A stretch of 64,000 bases of DNA, from NCBI GenBank assembly GCA_004431415.1, contig QPMI01000645.1:62001-126000 (forward strand), given 5' to 3'. The position numbers and the translations under genes are program-made. This document shows positions 11,505 to 24,912 of this stretch, piece by piece. The stretch is from Cyanophora paradoxa CCMP329 (lineage: Eukaryota > Plantae > Glaucophyta). Position 1 is the first letter of the stretch. Every line of letters begins with the position of its first letter. The notes beneath the pieces were generated by a model that worked only from the letters and a program-made list of their open reading frames with translations, was not told the DNA's origin and made no database searches.

Positions 11505-12682
11505 CCCTCCGGGAGCCGTCGACGTGCGATGGTCGCTGGTGAACGTGTAGTGCTGCTTCTATTGTACGTCGGATTTGAACAGCTACAGCGGCACGGCCCC
11601 TGCACGAGCTATAGTACTCCAGCCAGCTGACTGTGGTTGCAGGCCGCACCTTTAATTTGCAGCTTGCAATTGCCTGCACTGACGCCGTTGTCAGCTTTAA
11701 TTTCTAGACTCTATATATCTGATCATGACCGCAGCCAGCTGCCTGTGGCTGCACTGCGGCAGGCGCACCTTTGCAGCTTGCAGTTAATTGCCAAGGCCTG
11801 CAACCCCACTGCCGCTGTTAACGTCAACGTTGTCGACTTTCTGTACTATCTGAGCATGACCGTCGGACCGCTGTCATGATCGTGACCGTCGGACTGTCAG
11901 GACCGCTGTCAGAATTTTGAAGTCGTTCATACGCTACCGCTGTCAGAATTAGAACGTGTAAAGCGCCGCGCAAAATTTCGCTGCGCATGTCAGTCGCAGT
12001 CGTCAGCTGCAATAGCAGTAGCTCTACCATAGGACCTGGAACTGGTTCTGCTTCATCTAGCATCGATACCTATAGAACTTCGGAACTTTGGAATAGCCCG
12101 GCGGCCTTGAGTCCGGCCGATCGCGAAATCATAGAATAGAACTGGTCTTGTTTCGTGACATTCATGATCAGTTGAATGGATTGATGAAATGCAATTGGAA
12201 AAGTGGTTTTTTTGGATCGCGAAATTAAATTTTAAAGTGGATTTCGCACAATTAAATAAAATAATAATAAAAAGTGGTTTTTGAGGCGAGCGGCTACCTG
12301 GTCAAATGCGCAGCTGCAGCTCAATTCATGTAGGCTCGAACTACATAACTTAGTAGTAAACCGGCAATGGCAGCTGCTGCTGCCACGTCAGTTTATTCCT
12401 ATAAACAAGCGAGTCCCTGCGGAGCAGGAGTGGCCTTGGGTCTTGGGGCATCAAGGCGTGAGGGTGGCGCTCTTTGTTTTTAAACGGGGGCCCGCAACGT
12501 TAACGTGCATTTATATGCATGCGCATCGTTTCAACGGTTAACGTGCATACCCATACGCGAAAAAATACAAGCGTATATGTACAGCTATCGATATCGCAGC
12601 TATACATCGCGATCTATACATATATGATCGATGAAAAACGAAATCAAATTCAAAATCGAAATCCGATGATCTATAGCTATAG

Positions 12683-15166
12683 CTAGGATGTCGACTCAGT
12701 ACCAATGTTCGATTTTGAAGCCAAATTAGCGAGCTGTGCAGCATACGCCCTCTGAACACAAGCCTTGAAATGTGCAGAAATTCTAACCTTATGAGCAATC
12801 TTGCCCTGATACATCAGAAGAAAGGACTGAAGGGTGAGGCAGAAAAGAGAAGGAGGCGATGTTCTATAGCTATTTGGTGGTACCTGTGCTGACGCATATG
12901 CTGCCTTGCAATTAAGCTTAAGATTGCTATACCTTGTTGCACGGGGCGACTTCCACAGGCGTGTCTTTTGCTTCATTTCTAGATCGATATCTCTCTCTCG
13001 TGGGACTGGTGCTGGAAGCAAAGGGGATTGCCTCAGAAAAAAGTGCTCATGGAATAAACCGTGGCTGCAATTCCACAGTCCTGTGCGGCCGCCATCGCAG
13101 CATTGTCTGTAAAATTAAACGTATTCTGTTAGCTCGAGCTCTGGAATATATATAGAGATCGAGCGAATTTGAAGAGCACCGGAAATAACTCGGTTTGTCA
13201 TCTTGGTGCCACTCAAAACATATATTCGGAGAATTGTAAATGTCGTTTAGTTTCTTGAAACGATTCTCAGTGATATCCAAAAGCTTCCACGCAGTGCTGA
13301 TTCTAGACTCACGTTTGCTAACCTCTCGTTGGACAAAAGATGGAGCGCGAGGTTCACCGGATCCGGATCCGGAGCGCATGAATTGCTTGTAATGAATGCA
13401 CCGGTACAGAGGTCGAAAACGCTCAAGCGCATGATCATGATCAGGGAGTTCTTGGAACGGTTTGTGTGCACGAAGATATGCTATATCCGCGTCAACACCA
13501 GTTTTCACAAGCGATATCATCTGCGCCGAGGACGAAACCGATCGTTAATGTAAAAGCAATGGAGTATATAAATTATCATTAAGCTTTTAATTTTTGTACA
13601 CCTCAGCTTTCAAGGCATCTTTCGTCTCTTGATCCAGTTTCGAGTGTGCATATAGAACGGCCAGCGAAAGACACTTGCTAAAGAATACTCGTTTCTCTAA
13701 AATGTCTTGGATTCCATACACTGAACGGCTCTCATTGTGCTTGGTCAAGTAACGGGGGCCATTAGCGCAAAATTTTGCGGCTTGTTGCTTGATTGCATCT
13801 ATGTGTTGCGGAGACAAACGTATAGTAAATTGAGGCTTCGATCCGCTGTACTCTCTTAAAAGAAGCCACTTTGTGACGGGATCAAGCTCGGAGGTCTTGA
13901 ATTCATTGCCCTGCAATGCACGTTAATAATGCAATGTAGCGAGTGCAATGGTTAAGCTTGTTACAATTGGAGTTCACACCACTTTAAGTTCTTGTTCGGC
14001 TTCTTCAGCGAGCTGCCGAAGAGCAGCGCTTTTCTGGTCACATCCCGTATAGATTCGAGCCACTTCAAGTAGTCCAGTTGTCATCGTGACTGCAATACTG
14101 ACTGTTTCGCTTTGCGTCAAGTACATGGTCAGCTTAAACACGTGAAAATGAGCTCGAGAACGATTTCAACTGCGAACCTGCACTTCAGCTTTAGCTTGAA
14201 TTCAGCTGAAGAGCTAGTGTCCTCTGTGTGCACGTCGGCCGAGTGACGCCGTTTCTTCATCTGGGTACTGGCCATGGCCATGGTATAGAGCTTTAGGCGG
14301 GCACAGCGCCCGGCGGCCATGTCGGGCTGCAGCGTTGCAGCACCTCTCAGAATGTCCATCGATATCCTGATCGATATCATGATCTCGATCTGGTTCTCCG
14401 GGGGCAAGTGCAGCTGCAGGTGCAGCTAGGGCTGGATCTGGCCATGGCTGCGCGAAAACCAATCTTAATTATATAAGTGAGCAAAATATATAAGGACGAT
14501 ATGCAGATAAAAATATATATAACGCGCTAATACTGCAGCTGCAGCTGCGTTATACGAAGGTCGAAAGCACACCTGCACGTGCACAGCTGCAGCTAGCGCT
14601 GCAGGCCCGGGGGACGTCGACGTGCACACCGGTACCGAATTCGAACTGGATCCGCGGCCGAAGCTGAGATAATCAATGTCTGCAATCACGCGCGAGCACA
14701 AGCGTTAGCAGAACAGACTGTTAACGTTACAATTGCATTGGAGGTAGCGCGTGCGTTGTACCTGCACATGCTTCGGATCCGAATTTGAACCCAGATTGAG
14801 ATCTAGAGGTGCTGCAATGCTCAAGCTCGAGCTCTTGATCACGATCACGACCATGATCATGCATATGATCATGATCATGATCATGATCATGATCGACGCA
14901 GCTGACGTCGACTCCGGATCCAGCTCTGAGCTGCTCTAGATTAAGATCTATCGGAGCTGCAGCTGATCGCACGTGCACACTGCTGCTGATCTCAAGGTGA
15001 ACATCCCGAACATGGCGATATAAGTGGCATCGTTTACGCGCATGGTGTCCGCAAACACTGCAGCTAAATGCTGCGGCGGACCGTGGTTGCAAGTGGGCGG
15101 GCACTGGATGATTTCTCTTTCGACGCTAGATGGGACAGCTGCCTGGGCTGGGCGTCCTCGAGGCAT
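12683..15166 (-). CDS. Uncharacterised multi-exon protein with an N-terminal C2H2 zinc finger
   Basis: ATG at 15166 (MPRGRP...), then FSCSVCGHHARKRCHLYRHVRDVH after a 1-nt frameshift, and a (DH)n tract. Downstream exon-like ORFs 13587-13916 and 13047-13520 are bounded by splice signals. May be more than one gene. Confidence 0.5.
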
Positions 15167-15928
15167 GCTGTGAATATACACGTACAGTCGCGCGAGGCGT
15201 CTCCTGCGCTCGGCCCGTCGCGCGCGCGAGGCGCAACGCCGAAGGGCGGGGAGGCGCGCACTTTGCGGGGGAGGGCCGTCGGCGCCGCTGCTCTCCGGTG
15301 CCTCCGCCGCGAAGCTTAAGGCGCCGCGATCCGGCCGCGATCCGCCGCGGGGCCGCTAGCGCTGCGCCCGCCTCGTCGCGCGCGCGGGGCGCGGCGCTGA
15401 AGCTTAAGCTTAAGGGCAGGGCGGCTATAGCTAGGCGCGCACCAGCTGCAGGTTTCCAGGTTTCCTGCGCTCGCCCCCGCTTGCGCGCGCGAGGCGTTCC
15501 GGGCCGGGGCGGCGCAACCGCGCGCGCCCGCAGCCGCGCGCGCACGTATACGTATCTTTCGTGCTACGTATACTCGCGCGCCCGCAGCCGCACGTAGGCT
15601 TCGGCCCGCCGCGTCGCTTTCGACTTTTTATAACCGCGCGCGCTAACCGCGCGGGCGATCGCGTGGTGCAGCTCGTGAGAGACCGCCAGCTGTATATATC
15701 GATCGTGAGAGCGCCCGAGCTTGGCCAGTGCTGTAGCTCGACGCTCGCGGGTGCGCGCTTTCTGCAGCTGCAGCTGGGAGCTCGAGCCGCGGCCGTGCGC
15801 ACTGCGCATGCGCAAGCAGCTGCAGCGGGGGCTACGGGAATCGGATGGCGACAGAGCGCCTTCGCTATTTGCTGTCCAATGGGACGTTTCCTTCTGTCTT
15901 TTTCTTTCTCTAAAACCTTCGTTCGCGA

Positions 15929-16067
15929 GCCAGTCTCGGCTTGGAGCCGGGAAGTGAATCCGATTCGTCGGCTTGAATGGAAGCCAGTTTCGGTGCAGTC
16001 GTCGAGACCCGGCTTGACGTCTAGCTGACGAATGGGATTTCGATCCCGGCTCCTAGCCGAGACTGGC
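15929..16067. repeat. 45-bp imperfect inverted repeat with a 49-nt loop
   Basis: Arms 15929-15973 and 16023-16067 match at 38/45 positions ungapped (GCCAGTCTCGGCT(T/A)GGAGCCGGGA...). Confidence 0.85.
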
Positions 16068-16863
16068 CAAATTTCGGCGCCATCTCCTGCTTCAGCCTTA
16101 CATGCGCGAGGTGCGCTTGGAACTAGCCTAGGCTGAAGTTCATGTGCCCCATCTTTTCCAATTTAAGCCGAGTCCAGGGTCTCCTCCCCTCCAGAGATTC
16201 AGGGGGGATTTTCATTTCAATTCTGTGTTAGTGCCCGATAACGTTCGAATCAGGCAAAATTAGTATCATTTTCGGAGTCCCAGAGGCCAAAAATGGGGTA
16301 GTAGGTCGATTCGTTTGTTCTAAATTTTGATGCGGTGGCAAACGGACAAGATAGGAGCCAACCTAAGGGCCTCTCCTTTCCCCAAGGCCGATATTGTTCC
16401 TGTCCGCGCCCGGCGGCCAGCACCAGCACCAGTGAGGTATACGTATGTACGTAATGACGGCAGACGCCGCCAGCAGCAGTCCTTACGCTGCAGTCGTCAG
16501 CTTGAGCAGCTTGATATATTTCGGTCGAACTTTAGAGCCCAGTGCGGCCACGGGCACCGCGAAATTGCCATAGGTCGCAGCCCGTCGCAGGATACGTAGC
16601 TGTATACTACGGTAGCACGCACGCGAAGACTGAAGCCACAGCCTGCAGTTGTTTGACAGTACTGGAGCAAGCTGAATGTGCGCATGCCGGAAGTACACGT
16701 AGTTAGATTCAAATCTTTATTCTTCTGTGCTGCAGTTGATCGTAGCACCAGCAGCCCCCACTGCATACGAAGCTATAGATGGTACAAGGCGGTCGCGGTG
16801 CGTTTTAGCTTTGATTCGGATCGCCCCAAGCTATGCCGTCTTTTCTTGGTTTTTGCGTGACGC

Positions 16864-19800
16864 TTGCGCTGGTCAGGCCGCGGTAGCGGCCACGGCCGTG
16901 GCTTGAACGTTGGCCAAGCCTCGGAGCCGCATGCGCAGATGCATGCGCAACGACAAGGGTTGGCACAGCAGCGATTGCTCAGCCTAGACTCCGTGACCAG
17001 CAGCAGCAACGGACCGAGTGCTCCGAATGGTCGCGGGGGCTGGGGGCGCGGCCGCGGCCGCGGCCGCGGTCGCGGGGGCCAGCCCGCAGAGACGACGCGA
17101 ACGGCCCATGGCCAACATGCGCGGGCGGGTAGCTATTCTGACGGACCGGCTCTCGAGCTCGAAGAGGGGCGCTGGTACCGCGGCATCGTGAATCCCTCTG
17201 GCAACTGCGTGGAGGTGCCGGTCCGCGGCCGCCATCCTGTCCCGGTGTACTGTGACGGCAGCCACGTTCTCTGCGTCCTGCCTGGAGCGTCGGTGGAAGT
17301 GATCGCCCGCGTAAAAGGTGGCGGGAAGTACGCCGTGCGATCGCTGCGCTGGTGTGATGCGGGCAAGCGGGGCCTGTCTCGTGGGGAGCTGCTGCGATTT
17401 CTGCGTCAAGTGCGCGACGAAGACGTGAACAAACGCGTGTACCGTATTTGCCAGTGCGCTTCTCACATACTCATCATTCAATTAATATTAATTATGATAT
17501 GTTCTTATAAGCATGCGCGTGCACAGGTATCCTGATGCCTGGCTTGCGTGCATCAAGGCATCCTCCGACCTTCTTGGCGATGGCGAGACGCGGGATTTAA
17601 TCCTCGACATCGCCGCCAGCGTTCAGCCTTCTGACCCCACGATCATCCTGCGGGAGCGATCGGTCCAGTTTCTCGGCACGCTCTGCGACCCCGAGTCCGG
17701 CTTCTTCTTCAAACTGGCGGCCTCCATGCAGAGCTCCACGCCGACTCGGGTCCTCGTCAAAGCCTGCACTCTGGTGGCCGAGCTCGCCCGCTTCCACCCC
17801 GCAGCGCCCAAGCTGTCCCAGCTTCGCCTGGCGCTGCTGTCGTTCAAGGACATCGCCCACGCGCGCGCTTCAGACTCAGAGCTGGTGCGTGATTTGAAAT
17901 TTTATACGCGATTACTTACTAATCCTTAAATAAACAGGTGGCGGCTGTGGCGGCGGCCGAGGAAGCGTTCCAGCGCGCGCAAGCCAATCCAGAAGCGGCC
18001 GTGGCGGAGTCCGTGCGCAGCACGATCCCGCGGGCCGCCAGCTCGCAGATACTCCCCACTCTAGACCGGCTCGTGCTGGGGGAGGCCGCGCTGCCGGTGA
18101 ACCTCGTCAACGGCCCCTACCGCTCCACCTCCGACTACCTCGCGACTCACTTTCACCTCATCAAAGGTAGCGCTAGCTATAGCCGCTCTAGATCTCCCCC
18201 GTGCTTCGAACAATATTAAAAATATTTAATTCTTCTAATCTTGACTCTTTTCCGCCTCGTTTTGAAGAGGACTTCTTCGGCGGTCTCCGAGATGCGATTA
18301 TAGCGCTTCGCTCGGGCAACCGCGAGCAGATGCGCGGCACGCGCGTCCGCTCCTACGAGCGCGTTTCTTTGACCGGCATTCACCTACTTCCTCACGGCGG
18401 CGGTATTGTGCACCGCGTTCGCTTCTCCACTCGCCGAAATATCGACTGGAGCCGCACGAAATGGGTGCGACACCCCCTTGCCTGGTGGCATCTTTTCAGC
18501 TTGACGCGCCCGGCAGCTCGTGTACGGCAATCTGGTAGTCTTTTCGTATGACAACTACAGCTCGGCATTTTTCGCGAAGATTGCAAATCGCGACATCGAT
18601 CTGCTGAGCAAAGGTCTGGTCGACATCCAATTTCAAAGTGTCGCAGAGAGCTCAAGGTGTGAAAGAGCGATCACTATTAATCGCCCCTCGATCCCCTCTC
18701 ACCCCGATCAGGTTCGAGAGGGCCTCGCAGAACTCGAGCGACCGCCCGGGGCACATGCTCGAGTCCCCTCTTCTGTTCATCGCGTTCGAGCCCATCCTGC
18801 AGTCCCTCAAGTCCCTCGATCTCCGCGGCGCGATGCCGTTCAGCGACGACATCGTCTCCCTCCGGCGCGGGCCGTCCCTTGGGTCCACGGCGCCTGCCTA
18901 CATGACGCCCGCCTCCACCGTCTCCCTCAAAGTCCAGGGCGCCACTGTCGGCCCCTGGGCGGCCGCCGCGGAGGCCTGGCCGCAGCAGGTCGTGGGCCTC
19001 TTCAGCCCGCAGCAGTACCGGGCCGTCCGGCTCGCCCTCCGCGACCGGCTCGCCATCATCCAGGTCTGCCGAATTACCTTGCACTTGTCAATTTTTAATT
19101 TATCACTGATGCCATCCTGCGCGCATGCGCAATTTCGAAAAAGGGAATGCCGGGCTCGGGCAAATCCACCCTCGCCCGATTCATTATTGAGCTCATTTGC
19201 TCATGCTCTACTCGCCCTTCCGGACCTATTCTTCTCATCACATACAAGGTCGGGATCAGTCTTGAACAACCAAATAGTAATGCACTTGGACGTGCTCTGA
19301 ACTTCTTAATTGTCGATTTGCGTATCGCAGAACCATGCGCTGGATCAGACGCTCGAAAAGTGTTTGCAGTTCACTCCGAATGTCGTGCGCATCGGCGGCG
19401 GTGGGAAAATGCCTTCCCCGGTTCGAAAAATTAAAGTTCTCATCGTCCGTCCGCCTTGATCATGAGGTGGCTGACGTATGCGTACGTGCCACGCAGGCTC
19501 TCGCGGGCAAAAATCTGAACGACATTTTGTACAAGGACCGGAGATTCATGAACTTCGACCTCATGTAGTCTTTTTTGGTTTTTTATCAACAGCTGCAGAT
19601 GATTACTGACTATTTCTTGATTTTTAGGGCCATGCGCCGGGAGGAGCGAGACCGCCGGGACGAAGCGGAAGCAGAACTTGCCGTGGCCATCAGCGCCGCC
19701 CGCAAGCAGCACTCGAGGGGCTTTCTCGATCGAGCTCTCGAATCGATTCGCCTGTGCGCCCTTTTGTGTTCACTCTTACATCTTCTACACACTGCGGTTA

Positions 19801-22800
19801 ATTACTTCTTCTGTTAATTTTTGATCGTGCGCGCGGTTTGTGCCTGCAGAGTCGCACCTGCGGAGTATCGGAAGTCTATTCTCGGACGCTACCCCGATCT
19901 CCTGGACGAGAGGCTCGCGAAGCGCATCGTGCTCAGCTGGATCAACTGCCAGAGCGCTGCGGCAGCTCGCGCGTACGCCAAGCAGCGCGAGCAGCGCGCG
20001 GGCGCGGTTGACGACGAGGGCTTCGAGACGGCCGGCACGCGCAGGGCTCGGCGCGAAGCCCGCCGCGCGCAGGAAGGGAGTGCTGAAGCGTCATCGCGAC
20101 AGCAGAGCGTCCCTCAGGAGCAGCAAGTGCAGCGCGAGCAGCAGGCGCCGGATCTGCCGCAGGACGACATGGAGGACGAGGACGAGGCTGCAGAGGAAGC
20201 CGCGGCAGCCGCCAACGAGGACTTCTTCTCCGAGTCCGACTCCGACGACAAGGATTCCCAGGTGCGCGGCAAATACCGCGAATAAGAATTCAATTTACAA
20301 ACCTCTTTGCGTCATGCACAGGCGGAATCGAATTCAACGTCCGAGGAGGAGGCGCTGAACGAGGACGACGAGGTTTTCGAGGCTGCTGCGCGGCGTTCTG
20401 GGGCCGCATCTCGCAACCCGAAGTCTTCGTCAAACGTGCGCACACGCGCATCCAACGTGGTCGAGCTGGACGGCGAGGTCGACGAGGACGCCGGATCCGG
20501 CTCAAGCGCCGACGACAGCGCGAGCGACAGCGAAGAAGGTGCGGCTCCTCGCGCGCGATATCGATCGCTCGTGATCTCTGAACGCGCATGCTGATTTATA
20601 TGCAATGCCCTTTCACACTTCGGCATTCACCAGAATTCATTTTTTCACGTGTGCATAAGGCGTGGTCGCTGTCTTTGAGCGATCGGAAAATACTTCTCAC
20701 CTCGTGGATGAGGTGCACGTGGAGAAGATTGAATATTAAGCGTTTTCCCTCACGTGTAGGGACGTTTATTTTCGTTGCAGTCAGCGGGAGAAAGACGTGC
20801 GTGAAGCCGAAAACAGTGCCAAGGAGACATATCAGAACGTCTGCCGGGGGTACAAGCAGCTGGAGCACATGGCCAAGCTCGACGTTCTCAAAAAAGCGGA
20901 CGTCATTGGCGTCACGACCACCGGCTGCTGTATTCACGCGGTTCGATCTCGCACCTCGCGTTTGACTGTACATGTGTCAGGCTGATCATAATCATTAATA
21001 TTTATTTTCTAATTTTCTTTGCGAAGGACCTGCTTCACCACCTGAAGCCCGCCGTGGTCGTCTGCGAGGAGGCGGCGGAGATCCTGGAGGGGCAGCTGGT
21101 CGCGGCCCTCACGGCGTCCACGCAGCACCTCGTCCTCGTCGGAGACGACGAGCAGGTGCTCACCAGTTCTAGGGCATCGAATGTTACAACTTATTTTCGA
21201 GTTTCGTTCCTTCGCGTCTGCAGCTCCAGCCGGCGGTGGAGCGCTACCAGCTGGCCGTGCGGCACCGCCTGGACGTCTCCATGTTCCAGCGCCTGAAGCA
21301 GAACGGCCACGAGCAAGTGATCCTCACCCAGCAGCGCCGGATGCGGCCCGAGATCTCTGAGCTCGTCCGGCCGATCTACCCCGACCTCACGAACAACACG
21401 CACGTTCTCTCGTGAGCCACGCCTTGTAATTGACGTTCATCCAAACTATCGCCTATGTGGTACCGGCCGATCCTGGATATATAACGTCCGGTTCCATTAC
21501 AATTCTCGCGCCGTACGCAGGGCAGGTGCCATCTTTCCTTCTCCACTTCGGCGTTATTTAATATTTGAATCGGTGATACGTAGGTCCGTCTCCTGCGGAA
21601 GATGTGCCTTCAGCAGAGCGACAAGAACTTCAATTTGAGCGGAATCAACACGTCTACGGTTGATCGGTGAGTGGAGAATCAATTTAATATGGGGTTTTCA
21701 AAACTAATTTGAACGCATGCATGCAGGTACCAGGGCGACGAGAACGACGTTGTGCTCCTTTCGCTCACTCGCAGCAACTCGAAGCACGTCATCGGCTTTC
21801 TCTCGCGCCGGAACCGTGCCAACGTCGCCCTCTCCCGCGCCCGCAAGCTTCTCTACATTTTCGGCGACTCGTCCAATCTGCTGGCTGCGTCGGAGGCACC
21901 ATCATCCGCACCAGCGAATTCGAGCAATCCCGGACGGCAGTTCTGGAAGGAGACTATTGATTCTCTGCGATCCAAGGGCTGGATCGGCCCCAACATCCCG
22001 CTGCGCTGTCCTCGTCATGCTGACTCGCAAATCCTGGTGTGTGGGCGCTACGAGATGTTTACGCACGGTTCTCAAAAAATCGAAGCTACAATAATGACAC
22101 TAATTCGCAGGCGAACAGTGCGGCCGATGTACTTCGTGCCGCGTCTGGCAACAACCTCTGCAAGCAAATCTGCAGCCAGCCGCTCCCCTGTGGCCACCCG
22201 TGCCCGCACTTGTGCCACTCCGGAGAGAGCCTGCACAAGAGCACGGCCTGCAAGCAGCTGGTCTCGAAGTCATTCGGCGACTGCAAACACTCGGTGGAGC
22301 TGGCGTGCCACGTCCTCACCAGAACGCCAAATATGCCTTGCCCCGTCACGGTCGAGAAGTCTCTCAGCTGCGGCCACACTGTTAAAGCTGCGTGCTCGAC
22401 TCCGCTCGTCTTCATAGCTTGCAACGAGCTTGTCGAACGCCGCCTTGCGTGCGGCCACGCTTCGCTGCTCCAGTGCTCAGTCGACCCGGCAACTGCCAAG
22501 TGCAAGACACGTGTAACGCGGACGCTCAGCTGTGCCCACGAAGCTCAAGTATTCTGCAGCACACCTGTGGCCAGCATCGTGTGCAACACTCCCGTCCTCA
22601 ACGTTCTTCTCCCTTGTGGACATCTCGCCAAGAGCAAGCCCTGCAGCCAAAGCCCCGAAGCGGTCCGCTGCACGTCCCCAGGCACCTTCCCTTGCGGACA
22701 CCCGTCAAGAGAGCCCTGCTGGCTGGTCCGCAGCGGCAAAGTGGAGTGCGGGACAGAGGTGGTGCGGGCTCTGGCGTGCGGGCATGATGCCCACATGAAG

Positions 22801-24368
22801 TGCAAGGATCCCGTCACGGCTTTCGTTTGTTCAATCCCCGTCGAGAAGACGTTGCCGTGCAAGCATTCGGCTCCCGGGCTCTGCCATCAGCAGCCGTCCG
22901 ACATTCGCTGCCCTGTTCAGCGGGTCACAAAAATGCTCCCGTGCAAGCACAGCGCGGAGGTTGCATGTGCGACACCGGTTGAGAAGGTCGCCTGCAAGGT
23001 TATGGTCCCTGACAAACTACTGCCGTGTAGTCACAAGGTATGCGCAATAAATTTCCGCAAGGGCGCGTGTCTCCACCGACAGATCTAATTCGCCATCGTG
23101 CGCAGGCACCCGCCGAATGCGGCGCAAGGGCCGCAACGATCGACTGCCCGTTCATCTGCGACAGGAAGCTTCCGTGCGGGCACCCGTGCACCTGCGGGCG
23201 GCCCTGCAAGCAGCACGACAGCGTCAAGTGCCGCCCGTGCGACAAGCTGCGGAGGGAGACTCGCAAGGAGCTGATGAGGAACGCCAAGCGCCAGCACGAT
23301 CTAGTCACCGCCGGCAACGCGTTCAGCCTGCTGCCCATCACGGAGGCGTCCCACGCGAGCGACTGGAACAAGGCCAAGGTAGACTCGCGTATGAATGCTA
23401 TTGCAATTCAGCGATTTGGTCCTTGATTCATTGTCTGAACGCAACGAACAGGATTTTGTGGAACGTCTCACACAGACTGCGCACAAGGTCAAGTTCAAGG
23501 TCGTGGCGATCAATAAGATCGTCAACCCCATGCTCGAAATGCAGTTCTTCAAACGGTGAGTGTTACGTATATATATACAAGAATCGTATCGGTTGCAATT
23601 GAGTTAATTTGTCCGCCCACATAGACGCGCCAACCTCGTGGATCCAGTGAAAGAGCTCGAGCTGAAGTTCCACGGGACGAAGCCGGAGAACATCGACGTC
23701 ATTGCGCGGAATGGGTTCAAGCTCCCTCCGCCTTCGAAGCACAACATGTACGGGCAGGTAAATGCCTCGTGATTCTTAATCATTCGCCGCGCTTCCTCTG
23801 ACCCTGACCGTCTAATTATAATTTATTGTATTGTACCACAGGGGATCTACTTCGCCACAGACGCGAGCAAGAGCAACCTCTACGTTCATGCGCACGGCCC
23901 TTCAGCCTCGGGATCAATGCGAAAGCGCATGTTCCTGTGCTTGGTGGCGGTCGGCAAGGTACGGATCCTCCTCACATATTTAATCTCTTCGTCGCGAATA
24001 TGCCGAGCGCATTTTTGTTTTGTGTGCAGATGTGGACAGTGCGCTCGGCGATGAACCACCTGACGCCGAAGCAAGTTTTCCAAAACGGCTACGACTCGGT
24101 GCACGCTCCGCGAAACTCCAAGGTGCGACGTCGACTGGAATGGATATGCCAAATTAAAAGCCTTTCAAGATAGCGCATGCTCATAGCAGAATGCGCAGGA
24201 AACTCAAGGCGTTTTGTTTGACGAGTACATAGTGTACCACGAACATCAGGTCAGCATTGCTCATGATCAATTGCAAGCTTATAATGTAATCAAGCTCATA
24301 ATGCTATTCTTGCGCCTGCACAGGCCCTGCCGTACTACATTGTGGAGTACGAGGAGTACCAAGCTTGA
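16864..24368 (+). CDS. ZNFX1: ZNFX1-like UPF1-family (SF1) RNA helicase with NF-X1-type zinc fingers and a C-terminal PARP domain, multi-exon
   Basis: ZNFX1 signatures: DYLATHFHLIK|EDFFGGLRDAI, LVYGNLVVFSYDNY, MLESPLLFIAFEPIL, LAIIQ|GMPGSGKS, PILLITYK|NHALDQ, VIGVTTTG, VVCEEAAEILEG, LVLVGDDEQ|LQP, LTQQRRMRPEI, TVDR|YQGDEND, NRANVALSRAR, followed by more than 10 L(P/S/A)CxH fingers. PARP: KFHGTKPENI, MYGQ|GIYFATDASKSNLY, MFLCLVAVG, GYDSV, FDEYIVYHEHQ|ALPYYIVEY. Stop 24366-24368; start approximate. Confidence 0.93.
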
Positions 24369-24912
24369 GTGTGAAGAGTGGGAATGTAGGACGTGAATAA
24401 TGCGTATGCCTGCACAATCGAACTATACTATAATCGAACTGGCCAGCAACGAACTTTCTTGTTGATGTAAGAAGCTGAAATATTAATATCCACAGCTATC
24501 GCCAGCACTGAGTTATCAGTCGTCCATGAACATATTTTTAAATGTGTGATAATAAGCACAATCTGTTGGCCTTTATTCCCCGATGGTATTATATAAATAT
24601 AATGTCACCTCTCTCCTTATAAACTCGCCACTGCGGCTCCCGAGGCCTTATAATTAGATACGAGACGTGGAATTTACAGAGATAGTCGGATCCAGGCAGA
24701 GCCCGCCGAAAAGCACATCTTGTCCACCGCCAGACCTCGCAGTTCGGGACATCCCGACGAACACATGCTAAAGCAACTCGGATGCACTTCCGCAGGTGGG
24801 ATCGAAGGCGCCTTCGTTGTGATTGCAATTAGAGCAATGTGCACGCGGCCGGGCAGCTTTTCGGCGATCGTGTTCTTTGTCGTTCCGGACCCGTAAGCTA
24901 TATATTGTAAAG

